A DNA stretch of 64,000 nucleotides from Octopus bimaculoides (Eukaryota): assembly GCF_001194135.2 (NCBI RefSeq), contig NC_068998.1, positions 40,032,625 through 40,096,624 on the forward strand. Direction: 5' to 3'. Both the position numbers and the translations under genes were made by a program. Positions 27,111 to 41,257 of this stretch are shown in pieces. How positions within the stretch are numbered: the stretch's first letter is position 1; the number at the start of each line of letters is the position of its first letter. Under the pieces are notes generated by a model. That model searched no databases, had not been told where the DNA came from, and saw only the letters and a list, made by a program, of their open reading frames with translations.

Positions 27111-27897
27111 AGGTGCTGGAAAAAAGTTCATGCTAAAAAGTGGTTGCAGTTTGTTAAAGACTTTCAGCTGTAAACATCTTGCAAAAGAAAAAAAAAATTG
27201 CAGCATGCTCTACTGCCACTTGTGCGTGTGTACATGCACGTGTGCATATGTATGAGTGTCTCTGCGTGTCCATGTACATATGTGTATGTATAAGTGTGTG
27301 TGTATGTGTGTGCTAGATGACAAAGCGAACAACAAGTTAAAACCTTGAGACCCATCCAATCCATATAAGTATGAGAAAAAGGAAATGAAAAATGGCAATG
27401 ATGTTGATGAAGATGATGTTACAGTAGAAAAGTCAAAGACTCAGTTTTCAGAGAAACAGCAGTATTAATAATAATGATATCCAATCTCTAAATACATCAA
27501 CAACAACAGTAACAAAACCGACCCATGTATCCAGAGTTAATAATAAAGAATCAAACTCATTATTCCGTATACATATTCATGTACATCATGTGTCTTATTT
27601 CTGTTGTGTATTGACCATGCAGTTTAATTAGTTTGGTAGCCAGCTGTTGCTGACATTGTTGGTGTAAACTTGCTGTTTTACCACTCAGTCAATACAGCGT
27701 CTAAAATATTCATCTATTGCAAGTATTGCAACAGGCTGTGTAGAAAACTGCTTTCATAAATCTCAATAGAAACATGACTGGAGAATTTTTATCTCCTTCA
27801 GCAGAGAGCTCTTCTTTTACTATTCTTCATTTTTATTACAATTCAAGTCAGTTTTTTTTTTCTTCCTTCTGTTTATTTTCATCTTTATGATGATGAC

Positions 27898-27930
<33 letters not shown>

Positions 27931-28784
27931 CATTATTATTATTATTATTATTGCTATAGTTGTTAATGTTTGAATTTTGTGATTTTGCTGCTCTTCATTT
28001 TTTTTTCTTCTTTTTTTTTATTTTTACCATAAGAGTTTCTCAATAACTCATCGTATTTGTTTGTCAATACAAATTAATTTCTATTAGTTAGGATTTGTAT
28101 CCAAATCTATCGATCGGTCATTGCTTGGTTTTGATGAAAATGTCAATAAGGCTCGTTTCCATGCCATCCATTTCTTTATCATAGCTTTTTTGTCCAACCC
28201 GATCTTTGTCATACTGCCATTCAACATTGTATAGTTGGCATTTACTGCTTGATGAACTTGTGTCTCAATTGAACTAGTTATGACATATAACATATCTATG
28301 TATTTACATATGTCAGTCTAGCCAGCTACCTGAATGCCATCTGTCTGTCTGTCTATTTATCTGTCTCTCTCTCTCACTATTTGAATTTCACTTCTTTGCT
28401 TGTCTGCCACTCTCCTATACTGTATACAGATCTGTCTAATATATAAGCTTATAGATCTAATTTTTGTATATCTATCTATATCTCTCTTTTTATTACAACG
28501 CTTACCTACCTATCTGCCTGTCTGTATGTTATCTACCTTTGTATATCTAGCTCTCAGCCCTTTCTCTCTCTATCTCTCTCTGTTTTTCACCTCTCCCCCA
28601 TTCTCCCCTCTCTCTTTTTTCTATCTGTTGTCTGTTTCTTAAAACAACTTAACATTGGTATTAAAAATCCATCTAAAAAAAAAATATTCCAAATTTCAGA
28701 ATGTTTCCAATTTAAACATTAAAACAAAAGACAAGACATATGAGTTAGAGTGAGAGTGAGAATGTGTGTAAAACACGTTAACAA

Positions 28785-28823
<39 letters not shown>

Positions 28824-28965
28824 CATCTTGATGTTGGAATTTAATGATGGCAGTTCCTGGGTTTTCATTTAAAGCTTGTGAACTGAAGTACTTCTATTGC
28901 TTCCATGACTATAACCACCATCACCACAACAACAGCATCAGCAAGCTTACATGCATACACACTCG

Positions 28966-29000
<35 letters not shown>

Positions 29001-29133
29001 GTAAGCATGCATACACACCCAGACCACCATTGTCCCACTCTGGACTAACACTGTCGTACATTACTATCATTTACTACTTCCTAGCTTCTATACTATTAAA
29101 ACTATTACTACTAAGAAAATAATAATAATAATG

Positions 29134-29170
<37 letters not shown>

Positions 29171-30002
29171 TAATACTTCCTTTCTTTTCTTAATCTTGCT
29201 TGCCTTGTAGATGTTGTTTGTCAAAGTCAGCTTTTCCACTGAAAGGTCAGCTTATAATTCTAAACACAAAGAATTTCACAGAAGTCCTAGATGGCTGGCA
29301 CAGCAGAGGAGTAGAAGAGTGGTGAAAGGAGGGCATTGGGTGTTAGGTTAGAGCTGAATGTGGCAGCAACATAACCAAAATATATTTTATGCTTCATTGA
29401 TCGCATTGACTATTGATCTCTTACTGTAGCACAAGGGTCATACATTTATAGAAGGTATGTATAGGTGTAGGCATAGCTGTGAAGTTAAGAAGATTGCTTC
29501 ACAATCACATGGGTCTGGGCTTCAAATCATTGCATAGCACTTTGGGCAAGTGTTTTCTACTGTAGTATTGGTTCAACTAAAGACTAGTGTGCAAAATCTG
29601 GTAGATAGATACAGTGTGTGTATACACGTATGCACACATGTGCACATGTGTATATATTTATAAATGTATGTATAGTCATCATTGTTTTACATTCATTGTC
29701 TGTGTTGTCATGAGTTAGACAGGACCTCTAACTAAGATGTATTGGTAGTGAGCAGGCTTAGTCACCTTGTTCTCATTTCATTATTGCTTGGCTTTTATAG
29801 CTGGATGTCTTTCTTAACTGCAACCACTTTACAGAATAGATTATGATGGGTGCACGTTTTATGACACCATGAGAAATGTAGCCATGTCGTTGTTGCATAT
29901 AAAGAGGTATGTGTGTGGGTATACATACATACATACATACATACATACATACACACACCCATGCACACATACATACACATATCTTTTTATTCATGACATA
30001 TA

Positions 30003-30345
30003 TGGGTACAAGCATTGCTGTATGGCAAGAAGTTAGCTTCCTAACCACTTGTTTCTGGGTTCAGTCCCACTGCATGGCACCTTGGGCAAGTGTCTTCTGT
30101 TATAGCCTTGAGCTGACCAAAGTGTTGTGAGTGTATCTGATAGATGAATACTGAAAGAAGCCCATCATATATGTGTGTGTGTGTGTCTTTGTTTACTTCT
30201 CTATAACTTAGTGGTTCAGCAAAAGAGACTGATAGAATATGCACCAGGCTTTAAAAAGTACATGCTTGACTAAAACCTTTCAGTGTGGTGCCATGGCATG
30301 GCCACTGTACAAAGACTGAAACAAGTAAAATACATGAAATAAAAG
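30003..30345 (+). mobile_element. Family-A SINE
   Basis: Collinear with the 2020-2430 copy, with internal deletions. Confidence 0.75.
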
Positions 30346-30745
30346 CTGTAGTCATGGGCTGAAAGGCAGCATTAATGTACCAAACAAAAATGCTCTGTGA
30401 TTGTTTTGGTTATATCAATTTTGTTGTCCTACCTTATAAGGTTAATAAAGCAAGCACTGGGGATGGGGGTCAGGTGATATAATTGACTAAACATCATTGC
30501 AAATAGTACCCCAGCATGGCTATAGTCCAATTACTGAAACAAATAAAAGAGTAAAACAGTGACTGGTTGATTGATTACTGAGTCTCCTCTAAACTATATG
30601 ATTGATAGTTATTTTATTGATTATGTGAAGGAAAGAAAGATAAACCTGAGTTAACTCTGATGAATTTGAAGTCAGATCAAATTGAAATGGAACTAAAGAC
30701 CGTCATATTACTATTGCCATCCCCATTATGCTGAGCAACAGGCCA

Positions 30746-31195
30746 TGCTATTTTGTGGTGATTCTGCACCCTGATACAGGATGCAGAGATTCACAGCATA
30801 AAATTCAATACTTACCAAAGCTAATGGCAGACAGATCTCTGGTGTAGCGCTATGAAACACATCTTATCATGGCCACTTGAAGCCTGCATGTTTCTTTAGA
30901 GGGAATGTGGAGGTCTTGACAAAAAAGGCCTGCATATTCCCTGATTATAAAGCAGTATAGGGGTCATTTGGTTTTAGTGCTATTTTGTGGAGATTCTGCA
31001 CCCTGATAGAGGATGCAAAGATTCACAGCATAAAATTCAATGCCTACCAAAGCTAATGGTGTAGTGCTGTGAAACACATCTTATCATGGCTACTTGAAGC
31101 CTGCATGCTTCTTTAGAGGGGGTGTGAAGGTCTTGATAAAAAAGGCCTGCATTTTCCCTCATTATAAAGCAGTATAGGGGTCATTTGGTTTTAGT
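30746..31195. repeat. Two-copy tandem duplication, 232-bp period
   Basis: Copies start TGCTATTTTGTGG at 30746 and 30978. The second lacks 15 bp, a deletion with TGG microhomology. Confidence 0.9.
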
Positions 31196-32309
31196 GAAAT
31201 TTAGATCACATCCATTAAATGATTTCTGTTTTCAAATGTTCAGCTTTATTAAGCACCATACTGCTGTTATACCACACTGAGTATGCCATACTAGATATGT
31301 TTTAAAAAGTATATTGGATAGTCATTACTTGAACATCTTTTGATCATAATTCTGCTGACCTGCTGGATAACAGCTGAGATGAGGTTAAACAGCAACAGAG
31401 CTACACTTTTCTTTTGAGCTAATAAAGAAATTTCCTTACTGCTTGACTTGATCAATATAATGGCCAGATCTACTAAACTGCCATCTTTTAAACAATAACC
31501 TTGTTTCAAGTATGAAATATTATGGCTGTACAGGCAAGAAATTTAAAGATAAAAATATAACATGATAGAAGCCAGTAAAATCAAGCATCTGCTTATTTCT
31601 CTGACCATGAACTTCTTATCACTACTGCTATTTTTTTTTTAATATTTTAGTCAGAAAGGCAGAGCCCATGACACTTTGCAAGATCTTTAAGATTGGTGAG
31701 AGGAAGGAAGGAAGGTATCCTGGTAACATACCTGGTTTTAGGGCCAGGTATGTTCTGGTCCTAATATTAAAAGTATTCAGAGTGTCAGGTTGGGGTGTTA
31801 AACTGGTCAACTGATTAACTTTACCACTCAATTAGGCCATGGCATTATTTGAACTTAGAATGCAAAGAGCTGGAACAAAGTATCCCGTCTGACATTCTTA
31901 CAGTTCCACTAATCCATTACTCTCAATTGTAGCTATTTTCATCGACTCTGAGTTGACCTTGTCAGGATTTGATCTCAGAGTGCAAAGAGTCAGCACAAAT
32001 ATCAAGAGGCATTTTAATTGATTTGCTAACAACTCTGCCAGTTTGTTGTCTTAATATTTAATACTTGAATAGGGTGGCGAGCTAGTAGAACAGACAGCAC
32101 ACCTGGCAAATGCTTAGTAGCATTTCGTCTGCCTTTATGTTCAGGGTTCAAGTTCTGCTGAAGTCAGCTTTGCCTTTCATCCATTCAAGGTTGATAAAAT
32201 AAGTACCAGTTGAGCACTGGTGTTATTGTAATCAATTTACACCCTGTCTCCGAAATTGCTGGCCTTGTGCTAAAATTTGAAACCTAATTTTAAAACTCAA
32301 AACATCTGG

Positions 32310-32675
32310 GAATGTGCTGAATAGGAACTATCCTGGATTACCTGAAATGATATGAACTGTCATCATTAGAGTTTATTGATCCAAGATTGTCCCGAGTTAT
32401 CTAGCAACCACACCAACTAGTAACATCTTTGGGACTGTCCAAAGCTGTTTAACAACAACATCAAACTTTAGGGTCTACTGAAGCAGAACATCCAGGGTTG
32501 CCTAAGATGAACAACTTGCATCATTTTTAGGGTCTATTGAAGCAGAACTATCAACAATTACTAGCTCATTAGAGTTAGGTAAAGCAGAACTGTCCATGGT
32601 TATCTATATCCTTATCATCTTTAAAGTTTACTAAAGCAGAACTGCCAAGATTAATCTTAACAACAACATAAATGC
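32310..32675. repeat. Degenerate ~40-60-bp minisatellite
   Basis: AAGCAGAAC anchor at 32481, 32540, 32582 and 32634 with CATC..TTTAGGGTCTA upstream. Weaker copies extend to ~32320. Confidence 0.6.
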
Positions 32676-33278
32676 TCCATATTTAAACTGTAGAGCTTTA
32701 TGTTAGATCTCTTACCAGTAATGTAGTTTGTCTTGCTCTCATGTTTAAAGTGTGTGTTAGATAATACTTTTAAAGATTACAAAGATCTATAATTATCCCT
32801 AGTTTCATGTCAATAAGAGATAATTATCTCTTGGATAGGGTGTCAGTTTGTCACAGGACACTTTTCCTATAAGAACTGAACTTAACATTACAGGCTAACA
32901 AGATACTTCTCAGTTTTTTAGTACTAAATTATAGCATCTACAGTACCTACTTCAAACCAATAAGGTGGGACTCTATGTGATCATTTGACCTGCTAAAAAT
33001 AGCCACCAGATATCCTCAAATCACTCCATACTGTTTTAAAATGGGAATAACATGTTGACCAATGTAGTCCTGGATATACGAAAAGATGGGGTGGTCATGG
33101 CTGAAATGCCTTTGATCATAGATCTGCTTAACCAAGGCTAATCTGTGGTTAAACAACAACAACCTTTGAAAACTAAGTGTTTAGGCTGTGGACAAGAAAA
33201 ATAAGAACAGTTACAATGGTTGCAAATATAGCCATGTAATTCAGTTCACTTTACAACTATGTGGTTCTGGGTTCTCTC

Positions 33279-33318
<40 letters not shown>

Positions 33319-33947
33319 TCTCCCTCTGATACTTGATGGACATCTTTGAAGAAGCTGAATGCAAACTCCATTGCTGGAAAATGAACAAATATACACAGAC
33401 CAAGTGAGAAAACATATTTAACAATTAGGCTCTTTCTAGACATAGCTGAAGGAGGGGTTGGAGCACATTGGTGAGAGATGAACAGTATAGAGAGGAAACA
33501 TTTGTTTATATATATAACACCTAAGTTCATTGTAGTTGTTGTCAACAGAGAGAGAGAGCAAATCTCATTGCTGAAAAATGAACAAGCATACACAGTAAAC
33601 ATGCATATATACATTTAACAATGAAATCCTTTCAAGTCATTATCAAAAATAGGAGTAGACCAAATTGCTGAGAGAAGAACAAGTAAGAAGAGTGGGAAAA
33701 TAAGGACATGGGTGGAACTTTCAGCCAGTGCTGTTTAGTTGAGATAGTTGAAGAAGATTATAGTGGTGGCAATGGCAGGAGCATCACTGTGTAATAAGTT
33801 ATGGTATATTCCATAGAATGCTACTTTCATAGACATACACAAAACTGTTTAGCTTATAGACAGTGAAAACATAACGTTAATGTCTCCTTATTTATAATAT
33901 TTATGTCATTGCTTATAAGTTTCTAATGGGCTAAATATCCCTTAAAC

Positions 33948-34243
33948 CAGGGATTTTCAAACTTTTTGACTTGCGGACCCCTTTATATTTCAGGCTTTAC
34001 CTTAGGGGCCCCCTTATAAACGCTTATGAAATTTATACATAAATATTTGCTTAAGATAACATATATTTTTACATTTATTTATTTAACAGTATTTAACAAA
34101 ATAAGTTTATTGTCAATTAAAAGATTTCGATTAAAAAACATATAAAATCAAATTGCCCATAAAAAGTAGTTGCTGTCCACGGACCCCCTGTCTTGTCCTT
34201 GCGGAACCCCTGTGGTCCGCGGACCACATTTTGAAAACCCCTT
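33948..34243. mobile_element. hAT (Charlie-like) MITE
   Basis: TIRs CAGGGATTTTCAAA / TTTGAAAACCCCTT. Exact 8-bp TSD CCTTAAAC (33940-33947 and 34244-34251). Confidence 0.9.
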
Positions 34244-34679
34244 CCTTAAACCACACCTCAGTATCTTAAAAAAGGGAGATACATTAAATAATAAAACCTT
34301 ATTCTTTAAAAAAAGAAGGAAGGTCTTAGCTGGAATGCTTTTGATCATATTTGCTTTATCTAAGATGATCTGGGGCTAATCACCACCAACAACAAACAGA
34401 AATATGAGGAGAAAGTACAATGGCAGAATTGAACCTACCTACTTTTTGTTACTATCCCATTTTATTATTGCCTTTATCCACTTAACCATTTCACCTCTAC
34501 AACCAGTTCTAAATTACTGCAATGTTCCTTCCATACCGACTGCTTAACAACTGTCATAGATGTTGCCTTTGGCAATTGCTTTGACTAAATAGATATTTGC
34601 TCAGTCAGGCTTGTCAGGCTTTTACAATGAACTCACTCTCTTAGGTTCATTAATATGTACACATCATTACATTATATAC

Positions 34680-34743
<64 letters not shown>

Positions 34744-35130
34744 TCACACATATACTGGCTCTTAGCTAAATGATTCTTTTTTTCCAGTGTGCTGATAGAC
34801 TTCTTCCTTGAAGCTCTTCAATTGATTGAGTTCTTGAGTTGAGTTGTTGTAAAAAGAAAGGTAAAAGTAAATAGGAAAACAACAGTCTTGATAATAATAG
34901 CAATGACAATGATGACAGCAATCATCATCACCATGACCATCACCACCATCACAATAACAACAATGATACAATGTCTCTAAATTATACTACTTATTTCTTC
35001 TATTTCTGTTTCAATATACAGAGCTTCAATTATGGATTCTCATTGGAAAGAAAGAGAAGAGGCAGGGTGGAGCTTATATATATATATATGTATGTATGTG
35101 TATATATATATATTTGTATATATATATATT

Positions 35131-35167
<37 letters not shown>

Positions 35168-35784
35168 GAGAAAATAGGAGGAAAGAGAGTCAAGAAAGGA
35201 CAACATCAGAAAATATGGGGCGGGAGTGAGATATTGAGAGGTAAAATGAATGGAGTGAATGAGTGGTAGGAGAAATTAATAATGATCTCTTCCATCAGTA
35301 CAAGGCCATGAATTTGGAGACATCTTGGCCAAAGTTGTAATTCAGTGCTAGCAGCNNNNNNNNNNCCTCTGTTCCCTGCCGCTCAGCTATTTATCTAATA
35401 AACTCTATTGACAAATCAATGAAAATGCCTCTGCATAGTTGTTCAACCTGTTTGAAGTAGCAGTCAAATTCTCCCTCCAATTACACTCTACTGTTTTCAA
35501 TGAAGAAGAATTTGTTGTACAATGCAGAGTCTCTAATGTACACACAAATAAATGGGATGGTCAAGGTTGGGATTCCTTTGATCATAGGTCTGTCTGCAAA
35601 ATACAGGTTGACCTGGGATTGAACAACAACATTATTAGCACTGTTGACTCAGCCACCTCAGGAACTCATAATAACTATGACCTTATCTGGTGCTTTGTTT
35701 TACCACCATCACTGCTGCCCCCAGCACCACCACCACCACCACCACTACCACCATCTGGCTCTTGGTTTCTCTTAGCAGAATCAC

Positions 35785-35895
35785 CTCTGTTGCAAGCGTT
35801 AAGGCCAGGTCTCCAGTCTGGGGATAAATAATGTGACATTCTGATGGGTGCCCCACTCCTCTTACATCAGCAACCCATGCATTGCCCTTCAACCT
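35785..35895 (-). CDS. Candidate 111-nt internal exon of an unidentified gene (RLKGNAWVADVRGVGHPSECHIIYPQTGDLALTLATE)
   Basis: Pyrimidine-rich acceptor TTGCTTTTCTTTTATGACTTAAACAG and donor GAG|GTGATT, phase 0/0. It is the only one of six frames open across the segment. No family is recognised. Confidence 0.3.
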
Positions 35896-37470
35896 CTGTT
35901 TAAGTCATAAAAGAAAAGCAAGCAATAACAGCAGCCATAACAACAACATTAACAACAACAACAACAACACTAGTTAAACATGGAATATAATTTCAGTAAA
36001 AATTTAATGACGAAAAAAATGATAATAATAAATGTTTAATTATCTTAGTTAAAATTAATCTAAATTGTTTGATTAATTTTACAATTTTAATTTCAATATT
36101 CCAAAAACTGTCATTTTACACTTTTTGCTATTGTTAGTCTGGGATGTGTGTGTGTGTGTGTGTGTGTGTGTGATGGAGTTTGTGTGTGTATTTGTAGTGT
36201 CTGCATAGCGGCACGTGTGTCTTTGTGTTGTTTATGTGTTTTTGTGTATGTATGTGTGTGTTTGCAAATGTGAATGCATCTATATAGCTGTGTATGTGTT
36301 TTGTGTTCCTGTATGTGTGTTTTATGTGTCTGCATGTATGTGAGTGTGTCTACAAGAAAGTTTCTGCATATGCATATGTGTGTGTTTGTGTCTACATATC
36401 TGTGTATCTACAAGTACACCTGCAAATGTGTTTGAATGTGTCTGCATGTATGAGTATGTATGTGTTTGTGTGAGTGAGGGAGTGAATACAAGCAGTATTT
36501 CTCACCTTTCTCTCTGTCCTATTAGTTCTTCTATTACCTTCTTTCTGTTGCTCTTTTCTTTTACTGTGGCTCATTCTTTTCCATTTTCAGCCATTCTTTC
36601 AGCCTCTCTACTTTTTTACCATCTTCATTATTTCTTTTTACTTTGTGTCCTGCTATACTGATCCTTTTCACTTCTTTTTCCATCTTTTCATCATTTTTCT
36701 CTCATGCGGTTAAACTGTGTTGATCACAAATAAAGTATGCCCACCACAACTAAACTGTACCTAAACAGCTTATATAATAATGGAAAATAAGACAAATGGT
36801 TTCTATTTTTTCCCAAGGTTTTTTTTTTAGTCATTGTATCAATCCCAGTACTTTCGTTTCGTACTTATTTTATTGAACTCTAAAGGTGGATCAGCAAGGG
36901 CACAAGAGAATGCCAACAGAATGACACCGAATTCCAGAGTGTATTTTTGTTTGTCACACCTCTGGCAGTCTACACTATATGTGTGTGTGTGTGCACGTAC
37001 ACACACAGATTTCTTGCATATTATATATTTACTTTGTGTATTTTAAATATTAATGTATTAGAACCTTGTGGTCAAGAAGTTTGCTTCTCAGTCACAGAGT
37101 TTCTGGTTGAGTTCCACTCTGTGGCACATCTACTATAGCCCCAGATTGAACAAAGCCTTGTAAGTGGATTTGGTATATGGAAACTGAAAGAAGCCCATCA
37201 TGTATAGGTATATATATTTGAATATGTAAGTGCAGGTATGTGTGTTATCCATATCTCCTTGTTTTGACATCACGTGTCCAGTCTTCTGTGAAAAGCATGT
37301 TTGGGCATGGGGAAATAACACCTTACTTGGAAGCAAGTGAAAGTGGGCAACAGGAAAGGCATCCAGCTGTAGAAAATCTGGCTCGATAAACTCTGTGCTA
37401 CATCATCGTTTTAATGTCCACTTTTCAATGCGAGCATGGAAAAGTGTAAGTTAAAACAAAGATTATGATG

Positions 37471-37511
<41 letters not shown>

Positions 37512-39640
37512 GTCTGTATATGATCTGTTGGTAATTGTATATTAAGGTATGATAGTCTGTGTATCTGTGGTTTAGCTCTTTGTGTCTGTATGCATATATT
37601 TGTTGGCATATATATATATATATATATTGGTGTATGTATTTATTTGTGTCTTGTTGTCTTGTGTATATACGTATGCTGATCTGTATTCCATTGTGTACAT
37701 TGATGTTTTGAGTGTATTAGTGTTTTATTTGTTGTTGTTGTGTGTGTGTACATTGCTCTGTATAATTATCTTTATTGTGTATTGCAATGATATATTGGTT
37801 TATATGTCTCAACAGCAATTGGTGAGTGAGCATATATATGTGTGTTGGCATGTATGTATGTGTTGCTATGTGTGTTGGTGCAATGTGTATATTTGTACCT
37901 GCTTATCTTAGTCTGTTCATGTGTGTGCGTATGTGTGTGTTAGCCTTATGTGTCTGCAAGTGTATGCTTATGTTGGTCTGCATATGTATAAATGTGTTTC
38001 TATTGATCTGTATGTGAAAATTTGTGTATGTATATTGTGTGTGTGTATGTCTTAGCCTTATGTGTCTACATGTGTGTGCTCATGTTGGTCTGCATATGTG
38101 TAAATGTGTTTCTGTTGATTTGTATGTGAAAATTTGTGTATGCATATTGTGCGCATGCATGTGTATGTGTGTGTGTGTGTGCGTGTGTGTGTGCATAAGG
38201 CTGCAAATGTATATTTGAGTGTGTGTGAATGTTGAAATTCTGTTATCTGCATATTTACTAATGTGTATGTGCTGCTGTCTGCATATATTGGCGTGTGTGT
38301 GTAAACATGTATGCAAATGTGTGTATATATATATCAAGGTTATGTTGTATTTGTATGTTAATATGCATATTACAGTTTGTCTGTATGTGTGTATGTTAAT
38401 GTTAGTATGTACGTGCACCTCCATGTGCTTGTGTTGATTGGTTAGTTAATTTCATTTCATTTTAGTAATCAGTTTTCATAAGTTTAATTAGATTCAAGCA
38501 AATGAACAATTCTCTGGGAGAAGTTCGTTAGTGAAGAATTTTATATAATTCCTTTATTATGAGTGTCAGTTAGTGGAGAAGATTTCTGGTTTTTTCTTCC
38601 TTCATTCTCTCTTCTATTCTTCAGTCTTCTTGTTTTCTTCAATATCCCTGCTCAGTCTTTTATCCCCCAGAAGATTTCCTTAAACCTTAAAGTCCATTAT
38701 AACAACAAACACAGTTTTGTTTTTTGTTTGTGTTCTGTTAATGTTATTTATTTTTCATTTTTTTTTTTTGTGATTTTGTTTATTTTATTGACTTCTCTAA
38801 CAGCACCATCCTACCTATGTCATGATAGATTGTCGCCAGTCATCTGAAGAATGCTTGGTCACAAAATCACTACAACACACAGCTCATCTCATTCCTGTCA
38901 TACAAGAGAGGAAGATGGCAAAAACTAAGGTCACATGACCTGCAGGCTATAGATGAGAGTGAGCAGGGGGTTTTATGATGTTGGTAATTAAGTGCTTTAA
39001 AGACAGATGTCTGGGCGATGCAATGGATACAGCAATATCTCTTATCTTGCAGACAATGAAATATCTTCAGCTTGTTTCCTGTATTTGCTTTGGTAGTAGG
39101 TGTGTTGAACAAGAATAATAAAATAATAGAATGATGGAATAAGTGAGTCATCCACTGATGGGAAGATGGGGAGTTTTTCTACGCTTCACTGTGCATTTCA
39201 AGTGAAAGATGTTTTAAAAAACTGTCTCATTTTAATTACATTGTGGATGCATTCATTCTTTACTAAACCATAATTTTGCCAAAATGCATATTCATGGAAA
39301 ACATGCAGATATATATTGGCAATGAGAGATAGGTGAAAATTTAAGACAGCTCGGAGCCCCATGTGACTGATAAGAGGTGGTGTCTTGATTCAGTTTCTTG
39401 ACATAAGATTGATTAATCTCCCCTTGGATAAAATGTTACACTTTTTTCAGATAACTTTCTCAGAAGATCCAACATCTAGTGATTGTTTATCTCTAGCTTA
39501 TCACTGATCTAGCAAACCAAAAGCTTTCTAGGTGTGATCATTCTATCCTTTTATATATTCGTGACTACATTATCAACGACCTTCCTTTTTAAGAGAGAGA
39601 TTTGGCTGCTCTTTCTAGCAGAATGAACAACTGCTTTAAG

Positions 39641-39894
39641 CAGTTGTTCTCAACCGGGGTCCATTTGGTCCTTGGGGGTTCATATAAGATTCTTTGTTAA
39701 AATTTATCTGAAATAAATAAGTTATATTTCTACAATTCACAAAATCTTTTAGCAATTTTTTATATAATTCCTAATGATATTTAATTACAAAAATAGAGTA
39801 TTCGTTTTTAAACATCTAACGGCTAGGAGAGTCCATCCAAGTGAAATGGGAATCAAAGGGGTCCACAGGTAAAAAAAATGGTTGAGAAACACTG
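39641..39894. mobile_element. hAT MITE
   Basis: TIRs CAGTTGTTCTCAACC / GGTTGAGAAACACTG. 8-bp TSD GCTTTAAG / GCTTAAAG. Confidence 0.85.
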
Positions 39895-40184
39895 GCTTAA
39901 AGGTTCTCTTATTGACCCAAAATTTGTTATCTTGCTGATAGATGCATTAGCATTTACCTCATGGTGCAAAGTCTCAAATAAAAATTTCATAAGACTAGTC
40001 TGTCTGTCAGGGCTGCCTACAGTTTTGTGACACTGTGCTTAATTCTGTTTCCTTGTGTTAATTAGATAAGAGATAAATTTCCTCCTGGCTAAAGCACCAG
40101 TCTGTTGCAAGTAACTTTTCTGCAAGAAGAAATAAATTCAGTAATGCAAGTCAATGAATAACTAATCAGATTTACAATGCAGCT

Positions 40185-40199
40185 GCTGCCCCCTACTGG
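40185..40199 (-). promoter_or_regulatory. Candidate CTCF-binding motif
   Basis: CCAGTAGGGGGCAGC matches the CTCF core consensus CCASYAGRKGGCRS in AT-rich, non-repetitive sequence. Confidence 0.4.
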
Positions 40200-40671
40200 T
40201 ATGTTTTCAGATTTACAAGGATTTCAGTGGTTTGGGTTAAGTATTTGAATATGAACAGAATGTTGTACCAGTGAACCAAAGATAGGAAATGAACTGCTGG
40301 TCTCTTGGCCAGTACTCTATTGACTTAGCCATCTGCATTTGCACTCTCCTTGAGATTAAGGACAAGGCTAAACTCTGCAGAGTGGGGGAGGCATGGGAAT
40401 GCCATGGGGTTGCATGGTTTTCAGTACACTTGTATATACACATATCATGCACATACACCTACCACTCTTGTATATAATATATAATCACTAGTCTTGTTTA
40501 ATATATACATCATGCACATATACCTACATATATACAGATATCAGCACATACCTGGTATCTTATGTATACACATGTTTATTCCTCTGTATATATACCTACA
40601 AGTCAATGGCCTCACATAGATTTGTTTATACTTACAAGTAATACAACTACATTCTGCAAAAACATCACAAA

Positions 40672-40713
40672 AAATGCTACTCAGAGTTTCATGTTTGCAT
40701 TTGTCTGACAATT
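40672..40713 (-). ncRNA. Decayed inverted copy of the same hammerhead motif
   Basis: AAUUGU CAGACAA AUG-CAAA-CAU GAAAC UCUGA GUA GCAUUU: perfect 3-bp helix II and intact GAAAC/GUA, but the first core segment is mutated. Confidence 0.5.
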
Positions 40714-41257
40714 GTGATTATGAATAGAACAAGAATTAAGGTTATATGTATAAATATATTATACAATTTACATTGACAGATACACGTTTGAAGGTTTCAT
40801 TTCATTGGTCATTTTAACTAATGGATTTTTTTTTGGTTTTTTTCAGAAACGATGATATAAAATTAAATATCGTATTGTTTAAAATCAAAGAAAACCTTAC
40901 ATCAAAAATAAACTTTAGTTTAGAAGGAAAAACGTTCATGCCTGGAGTAAATTTTAATCAAACTTCTTTTAACATTAATTAATTTTAATGTATTTTAATT
41001 AATTTTAAATTAATTTTAATTAAACTTATTTTAACATTAATTAATTTGCTCTGGGCATGTATGTGCTACCTTCTAAACTAAAATTTACTATTGGTTTAAG
41101 GTTTTTCTTGATTTTACACAATATGATATTTAATTTTATATCACTTTTAGTTGAAACCACCGGTGAAATGAAACCAAATTCAAATGTGTAACAGTCAACG
41201 TAAATTGTACAATATATTTATACATATAACCTTAATTCTTGTCCCATTCTTAATCAC

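Noticed and set aside
30655-30695. CTGATGA-ATTTGA..TCAAAT-TGAAA hammerhead look-alike
   Set aside because: It lies in a decayed family-B SINE and has no helix I, helix III or NUH triplet.
38870-39151. Cys/His-rich ORF with B-box-like LKIFHCLQDKRYCCIHC
   Set aside because: Ligand spacing is incomplete, the upstream C-x2-H is missing and no splice sites frame this segment. The nearby well-bounded 80-nt minus-strand exon candidate is closed in all frames.
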